64,000 nt of DNA from Octopus bimaculoides (taxonomy: Eukaryota): contig NC_068981.1 of NCBI RefSeq assembly GCF_001194135.2, forward strand, positions 120,364,108 to 120,428,107. The letters are read 5' to 3'. The position numbers and the translations under genes were made by a program. The notes under the pieces were generated by a model that worked only from the letters and a program-made list of their open reading frames with translations, searched no databases and was not told the origin of the DNA. Within the stretch, counting starts at the first letter, position 1, and each line of letters begins with the position of its first letter. Shown here piece after piece: positions 36,701 to 51,500 of this stretch.

Positions 36701-39700
36701 GAATATATATATACATATATATATATATATTGTCAGTAGTTCATATATCTGAAAAAGAAGCATGCTCTAAAGCATTAGAGCAGTAATAAATTTTAAAAAG
36801 TTATGGCTGGTCATAGAGTGACTATTCGTTTTGCACCTATAAAGCACTTAGCAATATAAGTGACTTGTGAGACTCAGATGGGTAAAAGTGCATAACTTCT
36901 TTAACCATGAATTTCTAGTTTCATCTCTTGATTTATTAAGGTTTTTATCATGAGTTCTTTACAATTTCTTTAGTACAGTAGAGTTCCCGGGTTTATCACC
37001 TAGATCTTCACAATCTCACATTTTGTATGATGTGGTTGGTGTTGGCATGTGCAGCCACAATAAGTTCCCTTAATCATTAGATAAGAAGGCAGGAGGAATA
37101 ACATTAGTGCTTTACTAGGTAAAATTACTGCCAGGTTTGAATTCTTGACCATAAGACAGTTTCTTTCAGCAATCAAGAAATGGTTTTTGTTTGTGACTAG
37201 TGTAAGTTATTTGGGTGTTTAATTTAGCATTGTGTTGTAACATTGGAGTCACTTACATAATTAATCATTTACTTTCGTAAGGGATTCAGTATTAGATAGA
37301 TATGTTGCTTGCTAATGTCTTTCTATCAAGTTTTGCTTTAGATTATGCTATGTGGTACTTTGTAATTGTTCCTGGTTAATGCAAAGTGAATAGACAATAT
37401 GTAGAAATAGCAAAAAAGAAAAAAAACCCAAAAAACCATTCTTCCTCAAATCAATTATATTCTACTATTTAAAAAAAAGGAAGGCCATATTGGGCAATGT
37501 AGACTTAGATTTACAATAAAACAAGATGGACAAAGCTGAAATGCTGATGTGGGGTTAAACAATACATAACTGAATACTTCATCAGGAAGAGAAACAACAA
37601 AATTTGAACACACCATAACATTTTATATATTCCTCATGGCTCATATTAACACTTTCATTACACTATTTCTATTGAAATACACTGCTTATAAATAAGTTTC
37701 AATTAATTTTGAAAATAATCAAGAATTTAAAGTAGTTTATTTGAATAAATGTTCTTATTAAGATAAAATATTTAGAAATAACTTAAAGCTACTTGAAATT
37801 ACTGTGGAAGGGTTTATTTTAAATGTGAATGCTTTAATATAAGTTTTATATCACATGACCAAAGACTGGTTGGTATCAAAAAGAGTTAGGGAAGGTGGTT
37901 TCATTGACAAATATTGTTTCCTTTCTTCAGTTTAAAATTTCAAAATGATACAAGATATTTTCTAACACAGAAATCTTGTGTATATGTATGAATGTGAATT
38001 TAAAATTTAATTCTAACTCAAATTGAAACCAAATATAATAAAAATTGTCAATTTTATATTTCCTTTCCAGTCGTTTTAAATTTAAATTGAATTTTACAAC
38101 AATTTTATTTTCAGTGGGAAAATAGAAAGTTATATTAATTTGTGCCTACTTCTTTAATGTGGTTTATAGAAATAATTCAGCAATTTTAAATTTCTTCCTC
38201 CTCTTTCTGGATAAAACAAGAGCAATAAAGGTCTAATATGAATTACAACTGACAACCATTAGCTATGATGCTAATTAAACATGGCAAATAATGGAATTTT
38301 ATTCTTAAAGACCGTAAATGCAGTGGTCAACAGCAAACAGTTAGAAATGTGGTGTTTTTGACTATATAATTCATTAAGATGTTGGGTCACCATCGGTAAG
38401 TTCTTCAGGTAATGATTTAAAAGAGGTTGTATTCTCTGGGCAATCTAAGCTATTAGAACATTGAGCAATTATATATTACACTGCAACTATCTTTGGCAAG
38501 TTGATCTGCATTTCCATGTTGTGTCTGTTTATAGTTTGTGTTTACTTCCTAACCACATGGTGGGTTCAGTCCTACTGCATTGCACCTTGGGCAAGTGTCT
38601 TCCACTGTACCCTCAGGCCAACCAAAGCCTTGTGAGTGAATTTGGTAGACAGAAACTGAAAGAAGCTAGTCATGCGTGTCTCTGTGTGCGTCTTTGTGCT
38701 CGTGTTTATCTGCTGCCGCCGCCACCACCACCACCACCACCACTTAACTGGTACTGGTGTGTTTATGTATCCCAAATTTAGTGCTTTGGCAAAAAGAGAC
38801 TGATAGAATAAGCATCAAGCTTACAAGAAGAATAATTCTTGTAAACTAAAAATTCTTCAGGGCGGTGCCCCAGCATGGTTGTAGTCTAATTACCGAAACA
38901 AGTAAAAAGTAAAATATAAAAGATAAGTTGAATTTTTCAGACCAACATTTACAGCCAAAAGTGGTTGGCTGACTTTGGAGGACCAAACATTCCTTGTGAA
39001 ATGCAGTAGGATATGGGAAGATAGTGATGATGCTTGAATATTTACACTCCATGTTTAATTTATATACTATGCTGATTTGCAGGAAAATATGGTATGAGTG
39101 TGTGTATGTGAAATAAAAACAAACATGTTCACTACATTCTTGTATTAGAAATGTGTTGAGTCTGATGTATGTTTATTGATATGTAAGGATTACAATCCAC
39201 TGATGTGTAGAGTCGACAAAACGCTGATTGAAAGAAACTATAGTTTAGATATATATATTTCTGATGATTTTAACAAACAGTGAGGGAGTGTGTGTGTATG
39301 TGTGTGTGTGCGAGAGAGAGAAAGAGAGAGAAAAAATATTGAGAAAGACATGTGTCTTTGTTTGGGATGCTGTGTGGTATTAATAGTGATGTACAAATCA
39401 GTGACTATCAATTTCAGCCAGCTTCAACTCTAATAATGATCAATACTAGAATTAAAATTATCCATTCTTAGTTCTATCTCATCATACTGTCTGGGAATAT
39501 GACCATTTGAGACAGGTCAAACAATGGTTATCACAACACAAAGATAGCAGCATTTAGAGATTATCCAAGTGATCTTATTTACCTCATCAATATCCAGAGA
39601 GAAATAATCCTGCAACATTTCTCTTTTAGAGAACAGGAATTTCACAATGTAGTTGGCCAGGTCTTCTTTGGTGCCATCTGCTTCAGTCCACCCACATTCG

Positions 39701-40381
39701 TCAAGATCAAGTGCAAGCAGAGCTAAATCATAAAGAGGTGCTGGTTCCTGTATGAAAATAAACATTGAAGTCCTGAAACAGTTGGTTTGATAAGCAAATA
39801 TTTGATATTTTTCAAAATCAGTTAGTCCAATGTAAGAGGTCCTATAGATGAAAAAGTTAACGTACTGGAAAGTGGCAAGCTGGGAGAATCGTTATTGTAC
39901 AGGACAAAATGCTTAGTGGAATTTCTTCTAACTTTACGTTCTGAGTTGAGATGCTGCCAAGGTTGGATTATATCCTTTTGAGCTTGATAAAATAAGTACC
40001 AATTGAACATTGCGGTTGATATAATTGACTTATCCCTCACCCCCATGAAATTGCTGGCCTTGTGCCAAAATCTGAAACCAATGTGCTGGACTATTGACCA
40101 TGTGGTGGATTCCTAAGTTCAAATCTTACTACTACAGCCATTATGTGTGGTACCATTGAGCAAAGCATCTGACTCTGCCTATTCTAGCTCACCAGATTTA
40201 AAAAAAACATCAAACAAAAAAACAAAAAAAAAAAACAACAAAAAACAGGTTTTGCATCTATTTCATAGTTAAGTCATGAGAGTTAACAGTAGAAAGGTTG
40301 TATAAAATTAATTGGTTGAAGAAATTTATTTATTATAATGCAAACAAGGAAAATTAAATATGATTAGCAGTAGTGTGTGTA

Positions 40382-40421
<40 letters not shown>

Positions 40422-41304
40422 GACATATATATATATATATATGTACATACATGCATATTTACATATATATACANNNNNNNNNNNNNNNNNNNNNNNNNNN
40501 NNNNNNNNNNNNNNNNNNNNNNNNNNNNNNNNNNNNNNNNNNNNNNNNNNNNNNNNNNNNNNNNNNNNNNNNNNNNNNNNNNNNNNNNNNNNNNNNNNNN
40601 NNNNNNNNNNNNNNNNNNNNNNNNNNNNNNNNNNNNNNNNNNNNNNNNNNNNNNNNNNNNNNNNNNNNNNNNNNNNNNNNNNNNNNNNNNNNNNNNNNNN
40701 NNNNNNNNNNNNNNNNNNNNNNNNNNNNNNNNNNNNNNNNNNNNNNNNNNNNNNNNNNNNNNNNNNNNNNNNNNNNNNNNNNNNNNNNNNNNNNNNNNNN
40801 NNNNNNNNNNNNNNNNNNNNNNNNNNNNNNNNNNNNNNNNNNNNNNNNNNNNNNNNNNNNNNNNNNNNNNNNNNNNNNNNNNNNNNNNNNNNNNNNNNNN
40901 NNNNNNNNNNNNNNNNNNNNNNNNNNNNNNNNNNNNNNNNNNNNNNNNNNNNNNNNNNNNNNNNNNNNNNNNNNNNNNNNNNNNNNNNNNNNNNNNNNNN
41001 NNNNNNNNNNNNNNNNNNNNNNNNNNNNNNNNNNNNNNNNNNNNNNNNNNNNNNNNNNNNNNNNNNNNNNNNNNNNNNNNNNNNNNNNNNNNNNNNNNNN
41101 NNNNNNNNNNNNNNNNNNNNNNNNNNNNNNNNNNNNNNNNNNNNNNNNNNNNNNNNNNNNNNNNNNNNNNNNNNNNNNNNNNNNNNNNNNNNNNNNNNNN
41201 NNNNNNNNNNNNNNNNNNNNNNNNNNNNNNNNNNNNNNNNNNNNNNNNNNNNNNNNNNNNNNNNNNNNNNNNNNNNNNNNNNNNNNNNNNNNNNNNNNNN
41301 NNNN

Positions 41305-41336
<32 letters not shown>

Positions 41337-44300
41337 GTATATATACATATATATATACATACATATATATACATATATATATACATACATATATATAGAT
41401 AAATATATATACATACACATACACACACACACACACACAAATATATATAGATATATATAGATATATACACACACACACACACGTATATATATAAATCTTA
41501 TTTCAAGCAACATAGCAGCCTCAGTTACCCAGCAGCCTCAGTTACAATTAGTGACAATTGAATTTTTCATACACATATATATACTTATGCAGAGCCTCAA
41601 GTTGACCAATACTTTGTGAATGAAACAAGATGGAGAATATATGGAAGCTCATGGGTGTGTGTGTGCACTCATGTCTGTGTGTATGTGCATGTGTATTTCT
41701 CCACTAAATATATAAAAGAACTGCTTCAGAAATTTCTACAAGTGTCAGAACTTATAGATCCATTCAAACCATATCAACAAAAGAAAAAAGAAAAGGGTGT
41801 CGAAAAGAAGAATGCTAAATCTTTACTCACAGAAAGTCGGATGGCACCAAAGTTTCCAAAGTCACTCAGTAGAAGTTGATAGAAGAGTTGTTGACTGCAA
41901 CAGAAAATACATTATATTTCCTATCAGACTGTCTTTTCCTAACTTTTGTTGAAATAAAAATTATTTTTTTGTGGTCAAATACTTCTTGCAGAACAATAAA
42001 GTTGGCTTTTCTGAAACAGTACTGTGCAATGGGACTGAGTTGGAATACTTATGGTTGGGAAGCAAGCTTCTTAACCACTCAGCCATGCCTAACTATAAAT
42101 AAAGCTTGAGGCATTGAAACATTAGGTACTTTTTCTCATTAAATGACTTTTCAATTTGATTTCATTAAGAAACTCAGAGTGATAATAGAAAAAAATAAAT
42201 AAATTAAAAAAAGAGACACTGCAGCAAAATGAAATTGAACTTGCTTTCCTGGGAATTACAAGCAACCTAATAAACAATAGGATGCAATAAAGTGTAAAAT
42301 GACTTACCTTAGTTTGGCATTGTTAATGAGGTATAATTTAGTCTGGTGTTGCATCAAACTCAGTTCTTCGTTGATGCATCCAATAAACTTGTGGTTCTGC
42401 AACATCTCACGAAGGCCTGGGTATGAGTGTTTTTAATGAAAATGAAGAAAAGAAATATAAGAAAAAAAGATGTGCATGATTTATTAGGTAAAGGACTTTC
42501 TTTAACAGAATGGTATTCATTACACCATGTAACAAAATGAAAATTCTTTTTCTCTTTGGTCAGTAAGTATTATTTCCTATTTGCTTCTATCTAGAAATCA
42601 AAGGAAATGACTAGTATTCTCTTCAAACTTTGCTTTTGTAACCTAGACATCAATGTTTTGAAACTGACCTATTTTCCATTACATTTCAGACAGATTCAGC
42701 GTTGAGTTGCTGAAGCAGAAATATCAAAGCAAATATTCTGTTCAGTACCACAGATTTGTTTGTCAGCTGCTTGACCATAACCACTTGAGGAGGTCCCTTA
42801 GTGGCTGACAATATGAACATGAACAAGAGTAGTAGGGGAGCACCATAGCCATGTGTTGAGAGGGACTCTTTGGAGTTTTAATAAATGTAACAAAAGCAAA
42901 GTTTGAAGGAAATATTAGCCATTTTTCATACTTTCTAAGGTGTAAGCAAATAAGAAATAACAGTTGCAACCTAAGGATAAAAGTGTTATTATGAAACCTT
43001 GCTTCAGGGAAGCAGGCAAAATTGCTGTGCATAGAGTTTACATAGCATAACACTTGTAAATAAAACTTAGACCAGCAACACACATGAAGCTACACCCTCA
43101 TAAATTTACACAAATGCATACATACATATGCAGAGACATGCATTTAAGCAAAACAAAAGTGCCTCTATGAAATTGTTTGATTTCTTAAAAACAGCAGTGA
43201 AATGTCTTAAAATCATACAGTAGTCTTAAAAAAAAAAAAGTCATATTCGAAAAAGTAGTTCTTATACATAACAGGTTTGAGATAATTTGATTTAATATAA
43301 ACAACCAGAGCGACTGTAATGTAATCAAAGCTGAGGTTCGTTAACAGTAACATAGATATAAACAGTTCAAAAGAAGAGAATTGTAATGCTTCAAGCAGTT
43401 GCCTGAATTGTTAGACTTGTCATCTTCTTCATGGTAAACTAATTTATTCCAATTTTGAACTGTTTATACTCGTTAATTGCTGATGCAGACAATCATTAGT
43501 CACAGAGGTAGTTCTGTGTTTCATATGCACACATCTCACAGACTGATATACACTCAGATATCCTACATGAGAATACATACATACACACTCATGCACACCT
43601 CATACACAGATAAACTCATATGTGCACCATAAATATGATATATATCATACTAATACCTACATACACCTGGACACACACATACATACATACATTGACATGC
43701 AGTCACATACATCTCATATGAATCTCTCTCCTTCCTCCTCTCTCTAGATACACACACACACATATGCACATATCACATCTTGAACACACAAATACACTAA
43801 TACCTGTAATAACACACATACACACTCAGTAAAAGATCAGTTTTATTGGTATAACTATTAGAAGAGGTGAGTAATACTTGCAGTGTAAGACCAATATCCA
43901 ACAAATACNNNNNNNNNNNNNNNNNNNNNNNNNNNNNNNNNNNNNNNNNNNNNNNNNNNNNNNNNNNNNNNNNNNNNNNNNNNNNNNNNNNNNNNNNNNN
44001 NNNNNNNNNNNNNNNNNNNNNNNNNNNNNNNNNNNNNNNNNNNNNNNNNNNNNNNNNNNNNNNNNNNNNNNNNNNNNNNNNNNNNNNNNNNNNNNNNNNN
44101 NNNNNNNNNNNNNNNNNNNNNNNNNNNNNNNNNNNNNNNNNNNNNNNNNNNNNNNNNNNNNNNNNNNNNNNNNNNNNNNNNNNNNNNNNNNNNNNNNNNN
44201 NNNNNNNNNNNNNNNNNNNNNNNNNNATGCACACATCTCACAGACTGATATACACTCAGATATCCTACATGAGAATACATACATACACACTCCTGCACAC

Positions 44301-44397
44301 CTCATACACATACGTGCACCAGAAATATAAATATAAAGATAAGTTGTTTAACATTAATTCTGCTCTCACTGAACAGAACTACTACTACTACTACTAC

Positions 44398-44428
<31 letters not shown>

Positions 44429-44641
44429 CCTTTCTACTATAGGCACAAAGCCTGAAATTTGTGGGGAGGAGACTAGTTGATTACATCAACCCCTGTGTTT
44501 CACTGGTACTTAATTTATTGACCCCAAAAGGATGAAAGGCAAAGTTGACCTCACCAGAATTTGAACTCAGAATGCAGTGGTAGACAAAATACTGCTAAGC
44601 ATTTTGCCTCGCATGCTAACAATTCTGCCAGCTTGCAGCCT

Positions 44642-44679
<38 letters not shown>

Positions 44680-45078
44680 ATAATAATAATAATAATAATA
44701 ATACATGATGATGATGTCCACTTTTCCATCCTTACTTGGGGTGGATGGAATTTGTTGAAGTAGATTTTCTACAGCTGGATGTTCCTTCCTGTCACCAATC
44801 CTCCCCTGTTTCGAAGCAAGCTCATATTTCTCTATGGCCAAACAATGTCAAGGCAAGGAAATAATAACAAACACACACACACATATATATATGCATATAT
44901 GATGGACTCTGCTGTTGTTAGACGATGTATGAGAGTTTGACAATTTCTTACTGAACAACCACACACATGATTTGTTTATAGTGATCAAATGTTTGTGCAC
45001 ACATAAGCTCACTCCCTCCATCAGATTGACATTACCTGTACAGGTGCAATGGGTGCCACATGTCAGGTGTCAAAAGGA

Positions 45079-45113
<35 letters not shown>

Positions 45114-48100
45114 ATCGCATATATATATATGTGATCATATATATATGTGATCATATATATATATACATATATATGTGTGTGTGTGATAGACTCCTTTCAG
45201 TTTCTGTTACAAGGCTTTGGTTGGCCTGGGGCTAAAGTAGAAGACACTAGCCCCAGGTACCATGGAGTGAGACTGAACCTGGAACCACACAGTTGGCAAG
45301 TAAACTTCTTACTACATAAAATTAAAATTGTGCAATATGTCCTTCCATTATTTAAAATGCTATTTCTAACAAATCCAGTGACCATGTAGGGATTCCCTTT
45401 TTAGTGGTGGTGGTGGTGGTGAAGGAGGTAGTGATGGTATAGAGAGGAAGGGTTTTAATAAACATTTACAACATTATAAAATGCTAAAAGTACATTTACC
45501 TTGATGGTAGTTTTCCTGAAAGTCTTTCTTTAATTCCAAGACACTGGTCAGCTTGATAGGGCGTCGTTGAGGTCCGTTTTCACTAGCCTTCCTAACAGAA
45601 ATAGTAGGTGACTGTACATTGGACTCCAGTTTCATTCTTCTCATGGTTCAATAAATTTAAAAAAAAATGAGGAACAGAGAAATATGAAACATGATGCCAA
45701 TCAATGTTTATCTATTTTGTCATCATATTTTTAAAGAAAATATATACAGCAGTTGAGTCTCATTTAATTTTGAAAATAATCAAGAATTATGATGAATTTA
45801 GTGAAAATAACTAGCTATTCCAATATTTAAGCTGATATTTGGAATAACTTAATAAATTATAAAAGAAGGTTTTAACTTAAGGAGGGTCATTTTAAAACAG
45901 GTAGTTTTGTAATGACAAAACTAGAAGTAATTGCTGGGAGATTGGTGCCAGTAAATTAACCTTATAAGGTCAATAATAAAGTTGACATAGATAAAAGAGT
46001 AAAGACCCCCTTCAATAATGAATGACCTTGGAATTGCACCTAGAAAATTTTCCTCTGAGGCAAAAGTCTGAGCAAGATTGTTTCTGGAAGACCAGCAATC
46101 GCCCATGCATACCAGCCTCCATTCTTCACGCCACTGATGTTATCCAAGGGAAAGACAAAGGCTGATATAGCTAGGCACCAGTGATGTTGCAACTCATTTC
46201 TACAGCTGAGTGAACTGGAGCAATATGAAATAAAGTGTCTTGCTCAAGAACACAACATACAGCCCAGTCTGGGAATCAAACTCACTACCTCATGATTGTG
46301 AACCCGATACTCTAACCACTGAGCTATGTGCCTTTACATAGATGATGAGTTAATTAATTGAATTATTAATTAAACCGAGGAGCAAAAGACACTACGCACA
46401 GTCTACCATATTTTATGCCCTCTGAACTAAAGAATAAATGTTATTGATGTTTAATTTGAATAGCTACAGGTGGGTGGTTGGAAGGAAAAATTATGGAATA
46501 CAAAACAGAAAATAAATTAGTAGTAAAAATGTTAATGAAGAAGATAGCTCAAGTGTAGGTCAATAGCTTAACCCTTCAGCATTTAAACCGACCATATCTG
46601 GCTCAAATATTCTACTGATTTATGTTCAAACTGGCCAGATGTGGTTTCTCACAGTATCATTCCAAAAATAATCACATTGTCAAAACCATGAAGCTATGAG
46701 ACACTGTATGATTAATTCAAAACAATGTGAATAAAAAGAACATTACATCAGGCAGAGCAATCTGATGCTAAAGGGTTAATAGTAATACAAGAAGAGAAGA
46801 CTGTTCAATGGTATATCAGTGGTTTAATAAAGAGACAATTCAATGATGGCTCAATAGTTTAATAAAGATAGAAGACCATTCAATGTTATGTCAGAGAAGG
46901 GATGATTCAATGCTGAGTCTGTGATGTATAGAAAGCTGTGTTTGAAAATTTGTACATCAGAAATATTGATGGCACTAGGATTGATGTTATTTAATGTGTC
47001 AGTCAGTTTGTGTTGTTGTTGGTCTTTAAGCCCACGTCAGTTCTGACAGAGTAGACTGTTGATCAAAGGTGTTTCAGACATTCTTTTATTCGTTTACTTG
47101 TTTCAGCCATTTGACTGTGGCTATGCTGGAGCACCATCTTGAAGTGTTTTTGTCAAACAATTCGACCCCAGGACTTGTTTTTAAACCTAGTACTTATTCT
47201 ATCAGTCTCTTTTGCCGAACTGTTAAGTTACAGGGATGTAAACAGACCAACACCAGTTTCCAAGCAATGATGGGCGAACAAATACAGACACAAAGACACA
47301 CACACATATGATCAGCTTCTTTCAGTTTCCGACTGCCAAATTCACTCACAAGGCCTTGAGACTATAGTAGAAGACACTTGCCCAAAGTACCACGCAATGG
47401 GACTGAACCTGAAACCATGTGGTTGGGAACCAAATTTTTACCATACAACCATGCCTTTGCCTGTGTCCACCATTTCTTTTTATTCTGTAATGTGTCCTGC
47501 CTTTTGTATGACGATATTGTGTAATTTGAGGATGTTTTGGCTGCTATTTCTAGAAGTATGAGTGAGTGATTAAAGGCCCTTTAGGATGCTTTGTTCCTCA
47601 GTCAGATCTATATGAAGGTAACTAGCTTTACACTTAGAAAATAAACCACAGGTTCAGCATTTCAGACAATGTTATGTCTCTAAGAGTTTTGGTGTGTCAC
47701 TTCAGGCAGAACATTTATTATTTAATCAAATTTCCTGCTGTTACCATTTTGTCATAATTTTTTGAACTTCATAGATATTATCTATGATAACATCATACTA
47801 ATTATATGTAGTAAATTTCCCATTTTAACCCTTTAGCAATTAAACTGGCCATATCCAGCTTAAATATTCTGCCTGTTTTATGTTAATACTGGCCGGATTT
47901 GGCCTCTTACACAAACCTTACAATATCATTGTTGAGGGAGATTTTTCTATGACTGGATGCCCTTCCTGTTGCCAACCATTACTTGTTTCCCTAGAAAGGT
48001 AATATCACCCTATGACCAGACATATATTGGAAGACTGGAAACCAAGTGTGCCATTTGCATGATGGTGACACTCATAACTATCATGTGATGTCAAGGCAAG

Positions 48101-48466
48101 GAGACAGTAGCATACACACACACACACAAACATGCATAAATATACACACACACATATATCATCATCATCATCACCATCGTCATTGTTTAACGTCTGCTTT
48201 CCATGCTGGCATGGGTTGGATGGGTTTGACATAGAGCTGGCTAGCAGGGAGATGTCCAGACTCAAACTGTCTGTTGTGGCATGGTTTGTATGGCTGGATG
48301 CCCTTCTTAGTGCCAACCACTTAACAGAGTATGCTGGGTGTTTCTTATGTGTCATCAGTACAAGTACGTCTATGCAGCACTGGCACCGGAAAGGGCAACC
48401 AATTTTACTTAGCTTGATGCATCTTATCAAGTACAGCAAATCTTCTGGTCTCTTGTCATTTCTTTA

Positions 48467-48529
<63 letters not shown>

Positions 48530-51500
48530 CACATATGTATATACATACACACACACACATGCAAGCACACACACACATACACACAACTGGCTTCTTTCAG
48601 TTTCCATCTACCAACCAAATCTGTTCACAAGACTTTGGTTGGCTTGGGGCTATAGTAGAAAACACTTGCCTAAGGTACCAAAACCACATAGGTGGGAAGC
48701 AAACTTCTTAACCCCACGGCCACACCTGTGCCTATGAATTTAACAAGAATATAATTCAAAGAACAGAACTGATTGAAACAAAAAAATATGAAATTAATCA
48801 GAATCATCAAAAAAGTACCAAACCATACACAGTGGAACTGAAGTAAAAATATGATGGAGAAGCAGACTAACTTTTTACTAGGCTGCATCTCGACATTTTC
48901 CTTCTGTGGTGTTTTACTATCAGATTTGGTAGCTGAATCAGCTGTCATTTCAACATCTTCAGAAACTGGGTAAGTCTTCATAATGGATGTAAAAGATGAT
49001 GGCTTGTTTAGAAAAGCATCTAACTTTTGTTCTTTGGAATCAGTGCGTACCATTTGGTATGCATAAACTTTAGGTGGATTGTTGTCTCCTACAAAAATTC
49101 AGATCAAAATATTATAGAATTAGAGCTAAAATGAATTTTTATAATGTTTAACCCTTTTGTTACCATATTTTTGTTGAGATACTCTGTTTTTACTTTAATT
49201 CATTTGGAAAATAATGAAGAATTTAGTAAAATAACTTTGTCATTATTAAGTGGTGTTTGGATCATAAATTAACGTTAAGTTCTGATGGAAGATTTTAATT
49301 CAGGACTCTTGGAAACAAGAGTCAGGCGCAGTCTCTGGTATATTGGTATCAAAGGGGTCAACTCTTTAGCATTTAAACTGGTCATATCTGGCCAAAATAT
49401 TCCTGCCTTATGTTTGAATTGGTCAGATCCTGCCTCTTGGACCTAACCAACAATATAATTATAAAAATAAATAATCATGTTATCAAAATCTCAAAGCAAT
49501 GAGATAAAATCTGATTAATTCAAAGTAATCTGAATAAATAAGCATTACATTTGAGAGAGTAATCTGAGTGAGAAAGGGTTAAACAAAACTGAGACATAAT
49601 CTAAAATAAAAAAAAAAACCAATACTATGGTGAGTCATTTATTATTAGCAATGCATTTATAATTTTTTCCATTGGCAGGAAGATTAGTTGCATGTACATC
49701 ACTAAACATGGTCTCCTTCAAGTCAATACAGTGTTAGTTTGAACTTAAAATGTCAATTTAGTTGTCATTGTTATTAGGTTAACTATGGCCACTCTGCTCT
49801 GCTTTCAGTTCATTCTAAAAACAGTGTTCAATGATTGATTTCTGTGAGTCAAAGGTGTATCCACTGGAAACTTTCAGGACTGTATCAGAATAGTGTTTAA
49901 TCACTATGAACTGTCTACAAATGCATTGAAAAAAATTCAAAAATGGTTATATGTCATGCATCAAGCTGATATCCAGCCATGTCTTGTGGTGATGACAGCA
50001 ATGAAGGAATCCATGACATGGTTTCTGTTGAACAGATTGGTGACTATTGATAAAATGGCAAATAGGATGCAAATTAGCCATGGCCATGCCAACAGAATCA
50101 TCCACAATAGACTTGGCTTTATTACTGTTTGTGCTATTGGGTTGCTCTAATTAACTTGGCTTAACTAGATATGAAGGTGTGTGGCTTAGTGGTTAGGGTA
50201 TTTGAATCACATTCAGACGATCACACGTTCAATTCCTGGTGGTACATTGTGTCCTTGAGTAAGACACTTTATTTCACATTACTCCAGTTCACTCAGTTGA
50301 CAAAAATGAGTTGTATCTGTCATACAAAGGGCCAGTCTTGTAACATTCTATGTCACGCTGAATCTCCCTGGGAACTACATTAAGGGTATGTATGTCTGTG
50401 GAATGCTCAGCCACTTGCATATTAATTTCACAAGCATTTCCGTTGATCGGATCAACTGGAACCCTCAGTGTCATAAGTGATGGAGTGCCAGTTAAAACTA
50501 GATCTACAGAAGTAATTAACTAAATTAAGTATTTGCTCAGAAATATGGTTTCCAATTTTGCCACAAGGCCAGCAATTTCAAGAGAGGGGTAAGTCAATTA
50601 GATTGACTCCAATGTTAAATTGGTCTCTATTTTATCGACCACAAAAGGATGAAAGGCAAAGTCAACCTTAGCAGAATTTGAACTCAGAACGTAAAGATGG
50701 ATGAACTGCTGCTAAGCATTTTGCCCAGCATGCTAACAATTCTGCCAGCTCATCACCTTATTTGTTCAGAAATATTAGTTTCAAATTCTGGCATGAAGCC
50801 AGCAATATCGAGGAAGGGGTAAGTCAATTCTATTGACCTCAGTTCTCAACTGGTACTTATCTTGTCAACCATGAAAGGATGAAAGGCAAAGTCAACCTCA
50901 GCAGAATTTGAACTCAGAACATAAAGACAGATGAAATGCTGCTAAGCATTTGGCCTGGTGTGCTGATGATTCTGCCAGCTTGCCACCTTATTTGCTCAGA
51001 AATATTAGCAATGGCCATCCTTACCTAATTGTGAGGGAATTGGCAGAGTTGTTAGAGTGCTGGATAGACTGCAATGCAATATTTGTCCTAATTCACTGCT
51101 TAATGAGTTCAAATCTCAGGGCCAACTTTGCCTTTCGTCCAAAAGGATGAAAGGCAAAGTTGTACCAAGTCCAGAGGGGTATATTGACTATTGTTACATC
51201 TCATTTTACTAAGGTTTATTAAATCTGAGAGTTACTAAGAAGAGTTCTTAGAAGAATTTTATAAGTTGACTTAATGCAAGGAATGAAGACTCTAACATTT
51301 TGGTCTGTTGCCCCTTGTCTTAAACTGAGAAAGAGAGGGAAAGTGCTGTCACTTTTGTTGTAAACTAGTAAATAAAGGATTGAAGTAGAGAGTTATTTAC
51401 CTTGGTTAGAGCCCTCTGATGTTTTCTTAGGCTCAGTGTCCAGATTTGTTGTGACCCCTGGAAGCAAAGCCTGCAGAAAAGGAAGGATTTACACGTGCAA

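Noticed and set aside
40326-41513. Several 300-395 aa ORFs in the ORF track
   Set aside because: They are runs of X across an N gap flanked by (AT)n-derived YIYI peptides; the same applies at 5016-5444 and 43797-44400.
43350-43475. 16-bp inverted repeat (tataaacagttcaaaa) in an MLH1 intron, considered as snoRNA or miRNA
   Set aside because: Loop is about 80 nt and no C/D or H/ACA boxes are properly placed.
43525-44330. Near-identical sequence on both sides of an N gap (also 52500-52570/52785-52840 and 58577-58636/58648-58703)
   Set aside because: Most simply contig-end overlaps from scaffolding, not real tandem duplications.
48872-48880. Alternative GTAAAA donor 7 nt upstream of the chosen MLH1 donor
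   Set aside because: It would break frame with the 45500-45591 exon; GTTAGT preserves the frame.
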